Part shown: positions 58,410 through 64,000 of the stretch, in pieces
Numbering within the stretch: position 1 is the first letter of the stretch
How the letters are laid out: each line of letters starts with the position of its first letter
DNA from: Candidatus Multivoradales bacterium
GTDB taxonomy: Bacteria; Acidobacteriota; Thermoanaerobaculia; Multivoradales; JAHEKO01
Assembly: GCA_965223155.1 (NCBI GenBank)
Contig: CBDCVR010000015.1
Span: 32,001-96,000, forward strand
Reading direction: 5' to 3'
DNA: 64,000 bases
The notes under the pieces: generated by a model
Seen by the model: only the letters and a program-made list of their open reading frames with translations
Told to the model about the DNA's origin: nothing
Database searches by the model: none
Made by a program: the position numbers and the translations under genes

Positions 58410-59081
58410 CTATTGCGATCGCAGTTCGTTCGCGCTGGACTGCGTCCTCACCCAGGGGAGAGCGCGGATCAGAACGATAACTACCGCGGCGTACCAAAGC
58501 CCCGAGACTGGTCCCGGATCAAACAAACCCGCGTCTGCTGGAGGAGTGGGAAACGTAAAGAAGTTCATCGCCAAGATGACCACCGCACCGATGAAGACAC
58601 CGGACCAGGATACGGCTTTGGGAACCTTTGGGTGGCGCAACATTGCGATCGCAAAGAACAACGTACCCAACCCGATAAACACGTCGAAAGCGACGTCCAG
58701 CCCGAGAATCGTGTCCCAGATCCAAAAGACCGTAGACCGAACCGACTCATCGTCGGGTGAGTCGGCGAGGTAGTCGTCCCTGTGAAACTTGACTGCCATC
58801 TGCACCAGCAACATCGCTGTGACTAGAGCTCCAGCAAGAACGTTGGATAGGGCACCAACCTGAGCAGCCGCGGTGTCGCGGTGTAACTTCAAGAAGTGAT
58901 ACGGGCCGACGCTGGCAAGGGCGAGCGCCGGGCCGAACGACGACGCAACCAGGACTGTCAGTCTGCGTGGCATGGGTATGAAGACCATCGCGGGATAGGC
59001 AATGCAGGCGACTATGCCCGCTACAATTCCAATGCGGATCCACGCGGCAATGGTCCTTTGTGACTCGAAATTCGGGTTCAT
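58410..59081 (-). CDS. Integral membrane protein (about 6 TM, DUF4386-like)
   Basis: Hydrophobic segments; GAGGAG RBS. Confidence 0.75.
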   Translation of the reverse strand: MNPNFESQRTIAAWIRIGIVAGIVACIAYPAMVFIPMPRRLTVLVASSFGPALALASVGPYHFLKLHRDTAAAQVGALSNVLAGALVTAMLLVQMAVKFHRDDYLADSPDDESVRSTVFWIWDTILGLDVAFDVFIGLGTLFFAIAMLRHPKVPKAVSWSGVFIGAVVILAMNFFTFPTPPADAGLFDPGPVSGLWYAAVVIVLIRALPWVRTQSSANELRSQ

Positions 59082-59094
59082 GCTTTCTCCTCGC

Positions 59095-59286
59095 GGTTAA
59101 CGGATTGCGCGTTAGGCGCAGTGGACCCTCGCCAGGTTCTCGCACCCCAGCGAGTGAGCCACCTCCTTCCTTCGACTTTCCGGCGGGGCATGCGGCCAGC
59201 CATGTCGACTCCTGCACTCCGGGGGCGATGTCCGCATGGGTGGCTGTCGATTGCGTCTTGGAGTCGCGCTAGATCGCTCATTAGGC
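59095..59286 (-). other. Possible degenerate integron attC site
   Basis: GCCTAAT (R''-like) 10 nt after the upstream stop; CTAACGCGCAATCCGTTAACC (L'/R'-like) just before the next RBS. Confidence 0.35.
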
Positions 59287-59295
59287 CTCTGGGGT

Positions 59296-61074
59296 TCACC
59301 TTTCCAAAGGACGTGTTGGCGTAGTTGCGTCAACGTACACCAGTGCATGGAACCCATCTGGAATGACTGCACGGTAGAAACCAAAATCGGCAGGCCAAAG
59401 GCCGATGTTGCGGTGAAGCATTGGGGCTTCTAGAGGCCGAAATCGAATCGACCCTTCACGGGGCCTCAGGTCGAGGGCGAACAACCGGCGCTTTGCAAGG
59501 TGCAATGCCTGCTCCAATGATCCCGTCGGTCCAGCAAACAACGCGTACGTCCGAAGACTCGACCCATCGAAAGCCACGTACTCCCCGCTGTTGGTAAACA
59601 AGCCGACAGAGAGTACTTCGTTGGGAAATTGCTCTTCGAGTCGCTGACCCATCGCATTCTCGTCGAGCCGCACGTGGGTGTTATGTGCCCAAGCGACAAT
59701 TCTGGCTCTCGCAGGCAATTGTTCGCGGAGCCAGGCCAGGTTTTCCGCCATGTAGCGATCGCGCACACGGATGTCTTGCGTTGCGGATATCTGGGCTGAC
59801 TGCCACACTAGGTCAGCATCGAACAGGGTCCGCTCTGACGCGCCGGCAGTTTCGAGTATCGCGCGCACTTTCTTGGCAGCCGTAGCCCACGCAAGGTATT
59901 CCGCTGTTTCTCGAAGGGGGTACCAACCCGACTCCCACGCCATGCGCATCGGTGTCAACAGATCGCCAACTTGGCTCAACGCGTCAGGATCCAGACCCGT
60001 AGACCCGGCTTGTAGTCGCTCGATAGGGCCCAGCGGGACCTGCGAGTCAATACCCGTAACGGAGATCTGCACATCGCCCCGCGCCGTCGCCTCCCGCATC
60101 CATCGCACAAACTCGACGAACTCCCGCCTTGCCCAGAAACTGAACAGTCCCTTGATGGCATCAGAGGCGTCCCCCTCACCGGTTTGGACGAAATGATCGA
60201 TACGCTCCACTTTGTCGGGATGATCTTCAATTGCCAGCACCAAATGGCCTCCTTGTAGCGCAAGCCACCTGAAGATCCGCGCTTTCAAGTCGAAGAACTC
60301 CGAAGTGCCGTGTGTTGACTCACCCAAGAGGATCAACGGCTTGTCGCCTACCAACTCGACCAACTGTTCAAGGTCGTCCAACGGGGCGGTCGGATCCGTG
60401 GTTGCCAGCTCAACAGAGTGCTCGCGAATCCACCTGACTAGTTGGGGGGATGTTGGTTCTTGCCCGGGAAGTGCCGGGCCTGCGTCGGTACCATCCACCG
60501 TCAGGCGCAATCTGTTCAGAGTCATTTCTCCGTGACCGCGATACTCAGCAACTAGCTGTGCGTTCCACGAGTTGTGGGGAACTCGAGCAATCGCCTCGAT
60601 TCGTCCGGCCGAACTCCAGCCGGAGTAGAACTCCGTGACCTCCCAGTCTTCGCTCAGGACCAACACGCCGATGCGCGCGGACGCTGAGGACGACAGGGGC
60701 CTCTGAACCGTGGCAGAAAACTGCAGCTGTTGACCGGCAAACGAACTGTTCAAATCGTACACCGCGCCAGCTTTTTTCAGCTCCATCCACTGTGGGTCAC
60801 GATCGAGTCGTAGTTCTCCCGCTTGGGCCCTAACCTCCACGGTCACCCCAGCATTGGACAACTCGTGAAAAGCCCACCCCCAGGTCGAACCGTCAACCAA
60901 ACTCGGAATCGAGAAGTCTAGGTTTAGGGGGATAGGGTTCTCCATGCTGGGCGGCGGCGAAACCTTGACACAGCTCGCGATAATGAGACTCGCGAGCGTG
61001 GCCGCCGTTCCAGTTCGCAAACTCAGCCCGGCTCTGGTCGTCGGGGTCGGCGCAAAGCCAGCGATGTTTACCAT
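59296..61074 (-). CDS. Erythromycin esterase family protein (probable lipoprotein)
   Basis: LLGESTHGT, GIDSQ, RDRYMAENL, WAHNTH. Confidence 0.88.
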   Translation of the reverse strand: MVNIAGFAPTPTTRAGLSLRTGTAATLASLIIASCVKVSPPPSMENPIPLNLDFSIPSLVDGSTWGWAFHELSNAGVTVEVRAQAGELRLDRDPQWMELKKAGAVYDLNSSFAGQQLQFSATVQRPLSSSASARIGVLVLSEDWEVTEFYSGWSSAGRIEAIARVPHNSWNAQLVAEYRGHGEMTLNRLRLTVDGTDAGPALPGQEPTSPQLVRWIREHSVELATTDPTAPLDDLEQLVELVGDKPLILLGESTHGTSEFFDLKARIFRWLALQGGHLVLAIEDHPDKVERIDHFVQTGEGDASDAIKGLFSFWARREFVEFVRWMREATARGDVQISVTGIDSQVPLGPIERLQAGSTGLDPDALSQVGDLLTPMRMAWESGWYPLRETAEYLAWATAAKKVRAILETAGASERTLFDADLVWQSAQISATQDIRVRDRYMAENLAWLREQLPARARIVAWAHNTHVRLDENAMGQRLEEQFPNEVLSVGLFTNSGEYVAFDGSSLRTYALFAGPTGSLEQALHLAKRRLFALDLRPREGSIRFRPLEAPMLHRNIGLWPADFGFYRAVIPDGFHALVYVDATTPTRPLER

Positions 61075-61117
61075 TCGATCCTTTGCCGGTCGCGAGAAAA
61101 CTCTCCAGAGGGACCAT

Positions 61118-61231
61118 TAAGTCGCGCCGGGAATCCCGGAGGCTCGAGACCTTGAGAGGATGGAGCCATGGGAACAAGCAAGCGGTATGCACCAGAAGTC
61201 AGGGAGCGGGCGGTGCGGATGGTGCTTGAGC
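61118..61231 (+). mobile_element. IS3-family remnant (left IR plus the first ~21 codons of orfA)
   Basis: TAAGTCGCGCCGGGAATCCCGGAGGC resembles IS629/IS6110-type left ends; MGTSKRYAPEVRERAVRMVLE. Confidence 0.8.
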
Positions 61232-61329
61232 GGGGGCGAGAGCACAACACGAAGTCCGTTTCGAGCCAACTGGCGGCATGTCTCCAGGCCGAGTCCCCGG
61301 TTGCCTCCGGGCGACACACGTCTACACAA
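61232..61329 (-). pseudogene. N-terminal fragment of a short-chain dehydrogenase (SDR)
   Basis: GGNRGLGLETCRQLARNGLRVVL Rossmann motif, cut off at the IS fragment. Confidence 0.7.
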
Positions 61330-61417
61330 TCCGACGCGAGCTCCAGATCGGCACGTGCACCCAGTCGGACTCCCTTCTCGCCAATCTCCGTAGTTCGCCG
61401 TCGATGGGTGAATCTAT

Positions 61418-61744
61418 TCACTCCACCGTCGCGGCGCCGCCAGCGACCACGGCTGCCTCAAGTCCGGATAAATAGCTGTCGATGATCTCCACTTCGCTGC
61501 TCCGTAAAGCCAGCACGGCAACGCCATCCGCTTCGACGCGGCTGTCGATAATGCGCACTTCACAATTCCCGTGGGCCACGATGCCATCTTCGACCGAATG
61601 GATGACGCGGTCCGTGATCACCAGTTCCTCGCCGGAGTTGCAAACGATTGGCCCCCCGTCTTGGCGGTCTTGGGCCTCAAGGTGTCGAGGCCAGGGAACG
61701 CCAACGACACAGAGCAATGTGATCAATCCAAACACTCTTCTCAT
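61418..61744 (-). CDS. Secreted beta-helix-like protein, probably truncated by a premature stop
   Basis: Signal peptide; repeats RIIDS, EIIDS, then E*IDS across the TGA. Confidence 0.55.
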   Translation of the reverse strand: MRRVFGLITLLCVVGVPWPRHLEAQDRQDGGPIVCNSGEELVITDRVIHSVEDGIVAHGNCEVRIIDSRVEADGVAVLALRSSEVEIIDSYLSGLEAAVVAGGAATVE

Positions 61745-61763
61745 GAGTTCATCTAACCCTCTC

Positions 61764-62198
61764 TCAATACACACCGCCTACGAAGCGACGACAGAAAGAG
61801 TCCTCGCCTGGCGATCCGCCGCTCGCGGCCACCGACAGGCGGGCGAGGTGAAAATCCCAACCACGACCTGCGGCCTCGTCGATCGACAGATCCAAACCGG
61901 ACTGAGTGACGTCCACACGACTGCCATCGGATTCCGGCGTAATCCGTACCTCAATCAGACTCGGCGGTGCGGCGCCCGCCCGCGCTTCAAATAGGACAAG
62001 CGATGGGGCTTCGATCTTCAGGAAGCGACCCTCAATCACCCCCGCGCCGCCCATGTCAACCCGGTACAGGCCCTGGGGATTCGGCTCGACTCCCGCCGTC
62101 CGATCGCACCACCGAACCATCTTCTTCGGGTCCGTGAAATATTCGAAAACGATATCTGGTGGAGCGTCAATCCAAATGGACTTGTCCAGGTCCCTCAA
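61764..62198 (-). CDS. SRPBCC / AHSA1-like domain protein
   Basis: IDAPPDIVFEYFTDP…W, GWDFHLARL. Confidence 0.85.
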   Translation of the reverse strand: MRDLDKSIWIDAPPDIVFEYFTDPKKMVRWCDRTAGVEPNPQGLYRVDMGGAGVIEGRFLKIEAPSLVLFEARAGAAPPSLIEVRITPESDGSRVDVTQSGLDLSIDEAAGRGWDFHLARLSVAASGGSPGEDSFCRRFVGGVY

Positions 62199-62521
62199 TC
62201 TCGATGCCTCCTTCTCTGCGTCGAATCAGATTCGACGACAGACTTCAGGCGAGGCAGCGCGTTGTTCCAAAACTGGTCGAAGCTCACGCGGAGCCGTTGC
62301 ACTGCCTCGACATCGATCGAATACAGCCTCGACTGAGCTTCACGTCTCACACGGATCAACCCAACGTCGCGCAGCACGTTCAGATGTTGTGAAATCGCCG
62401 GTCGAGTGACAGAAAAGTGGCTTGCGATCGCTCCGGCGCGTTGCTCGCCCTTGGATAGATGTTGCAGGATCTGGGCACGAATCGGGTCCGAGATGGCGCG
62501 AAGTTGTTCTCGTAGCATCAT
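62195..62521 (-). CDS. ArsR/SmtB-family transcriptional regulator
   Basis: AISDPIRAQIL, AISQHLNVLRDVGLI, RLYS, FWNNALPRLK. Confidence 0.9.
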   Translation of the reverse strand: MMLREQLRAISDPIRAQILQHLSKGEQRAGAIASHFSVTRPAISQHLNVLRDVGLIRVRREAQSRLYSIDVEAVQRLRVSFDQFWNNALPRLKSVVESDSTQRRRHRD

Positions 62522-62531
62522 GCTTTAGGCC

Positions 62532-62570
62532 ATCCTTTCGTAAGGATACACTTACGGAAGGATTGTAGCA
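62532..62570 (-). promoter_or_regulatory. Extended -10 promoter with an inverted-repeat operator for the ArsR-SRPBCC pair
   Basis: TGcTACAAT at 62570-62562; ATCCTTTCGTAAG-6 nt-CTTACGGAAGGAT (12/13 match) at 62532-62563. Confidence 0.75.
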
Positions 62571-62841
62571 AGAGATCCGCAAACGTACTTGGCGCACGAG
62601 ATCGATCCGGCAAGAGCGTGCATCTGTCGCACGAGGTCAGGGCCGATTGCCGCTCTCTCGGCTCAAGACTTTCTCGGAGAAGGTCGCTTCTCGCATCTCG
62701 GAAGAAACGCTTCTCCACAAGAGCTGCAACGCGTTGGACTCAGCCGCGCCAGGGGATGGCGACTCCTTCTGCTCGGTCGCGATCCCACCTAGCAACCTGT
62801 CCGCATTCCGGGGTCCACCTCTGCTCTGCTCGACGGCGCCG

Positions 62842-62870
62842 TCGGCCTGGGCTTCGGCTATCGCTTCTGA
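62842..62870 (+). repeat. Right copy of the direct repeat encoding GLGFGYRF*
   Basis: Matches 57516-57544. Confidence 0.65.
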
Positions 62871-63034
62871 GCGGGATCGGCTTCGGGCCACCCGGTGCCG
62901 GTGCCAGGACCGGGAGACCAAGCGGGGCCGGCACGGTATGCCGTTGCTTTCGAGCTAGGTCGTTGGCTGTCGGCCGCCGCTGAGCCTGAACCCGTGGGAC
63001 TCGACCCTTGGGACGGGATCCATGGGGACGTGAA

Positions 63035-63110
63035 TGGTGCCCAGGGGCGGAATCGAACCACCGACACCCTGATTTTCAGTCAGGTGCTCTACCGACTGAG
63101 CTACCTGGGC
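63035..63110 (-). tRNA. tRNA-Phe (GAA)
   Basis: GCCCAGGTAGCTCAGTCGGTAGAGCACCTGACTGAAAATCAGGGTGTCGGTGGTTCGATTCCGCCCCTGGGCACCA, 76 nt with encoded CCA. Confidence 0.98.
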
Positions 63111-63136
63111 ACGGGACCCGGAAAAAGTCCCAGCGC

Positions 63137-63166
63137 TTTATAGCCGCCCGGAACGGTCGCCGTCAA
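63137..63166 (-). promoter_or_regulatory. Sigma70 promoter of tRNA-Phe
   Basis: TTGACG-18 nt-TATAAA. Confidence 0.7.
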
Positions 63167-63415
63167 GACAAAACGGGCGTCCCTTCGGACGAAACCGGCC
63201 GCCGCCGAGCCCACGGGCCGTTCCGGCTGCCGCCGGCATCCGGCGACAGCCAGCGGGCGACTCCGAACTCCCGGACCAAGGCGCTTGCGCCTCGTCCGGA
63301 AGGCCCCGCGGGCCGGCCGGATAGCGCTCGGAGCCGGTTCTCGTTTCCGGATCTTGCGCGAGGTTAAGATTATCGTTACAGTAAGATCGTTCCGAAAACC
63401 GAAAGGAGTCCCGAA

Positions 63416-64000
63416 ATGCGGCCGAGGTACCAGCGTAGCTTGTCGATTCTTGTCGGAGTTGGAGCGGCGACCCTCCTGCTTCTGGGGTGTCCGCCTGCCG
63501 CCCAGGAAGAGCCCATGGCCGCGGAGTCGAATGGCGGCGACACCGTGTACGCCCCCTCTCCACAGGAGGAAGTTGCGGCGGGGCGTCCGCCGTTTCGAGC
63601 CGTGGACCTCACCTACATGGGCAAGGACGACGAGTGCGCCGCCGAATGGGCTGGCGACGAGTGCGTGATGGTGCGACCGTACGACGCCACCATCTGGAAG
63701 AACAAGACGGTCTACAACGGCAAGCCCAAGAAGGTGCGCTGGTGGATCGACGACCAGCAGGAAGGCAACTACTACTTCGAGATCGCTTACAAGGGAGCGG
63801 ACCCCGCCAACAACTGGCTGGGAACGATCCCCGCCATCGATTGCGGCGACAAGAAGACCAAGAGCTCCAACGTGGCCGGGTCGGTCAAGCCGGGCGACAA
63901 TCTGGCCTGGCCCTATCGGATCACCGTCTACGCCTGCGAGGACGGCGAGAAGGCCGACTGCCTGTGCAAGACCGATCCCCGGATCGAGATTCACGACTGA
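63416..64000 (+). CDS. Cys-rich hypothetical lipoprotein
   Basis: AAAGGAG RBS, lipobox LLGC, six further Cys, C-terminal DPRIEI. Confidence 0.8.
   Translation: MRPRYQRSLSILVGVGAATLLLLGCPPAAQEEPMAAESNGGDTVYAPSPQEEVAAGRPPFRAVDLTYMGKDDECAAEWAGDECVMVRPYDATIWKNKTVYNGKPKKVRWWIDDQQEGNYYFEIAYKGADPANNWLGTIPAIDCGDKKTKSSNVAGSVKPGDNLAWPYRITVYACEDGEKADCLCKTDPRIEIHD

Noticed and set aside
61418-61420. Selenocysteine readthrough of the TGA
   Set aside because: The position corresponds to a hydrophobic residue in the repeat and no SECIS-like hairpin was evident
1-64000. CRISPR array, rRNA, prophage or defence system
   Set aside because: No regularly spaced repeats, rRNA-like stretch, phage genes or defence genes were recognised

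Overview
A 64-kb window from a high-GC diderm bacterium (it has a TonB-dependent receptor; an Acidobacteriota-like origin is a guess only). Most of it is core chromosome: an aroDE-trpEGDCFBA operon extended by an alpha/beta hydrolase, an MFS transporter and a frameshifted SRAP gene; ETF:quinone oxidoreductase; the yceD-rpmF-plsX-fabHDG-acpP-fabF cluster; four GT4 glycosyltransferases plus a WcaJ-type priming transferase; a MoxR-DUF58-transglutaminase triad; murB divergent from recA; a thiolase; an M48 protease; a TonB receptor; and kynA-kynU without kynB. The best leads are: (1) an SCP2 lipid-carrier gene translationally coupled to an R2-like Mn/Fe ligand-binding oxidase (R2lox), followed by pspC and a site-2 protease; (2) an unannotated ~90-nt candidate sRNA with an anti-Shine-Dalgarno loop and its own promoter and terminator; (3) a 30-aa membrane peptide missed by the ORF track, directly behind an NSS transporter; (4) a visibly lower-GC islet of about 5.3 kb downstream of tRNA-Phe, holding co-oriented small genes, a possible degenerate attC, an IS3 remnant and pseudogenes, and bracketed by two copies of a 'GLGFGYRF-stop' gene tail. 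No CRISPR array, rRNA or integrase was seen. All family calls come from reading motifs by eye, not from database searches.
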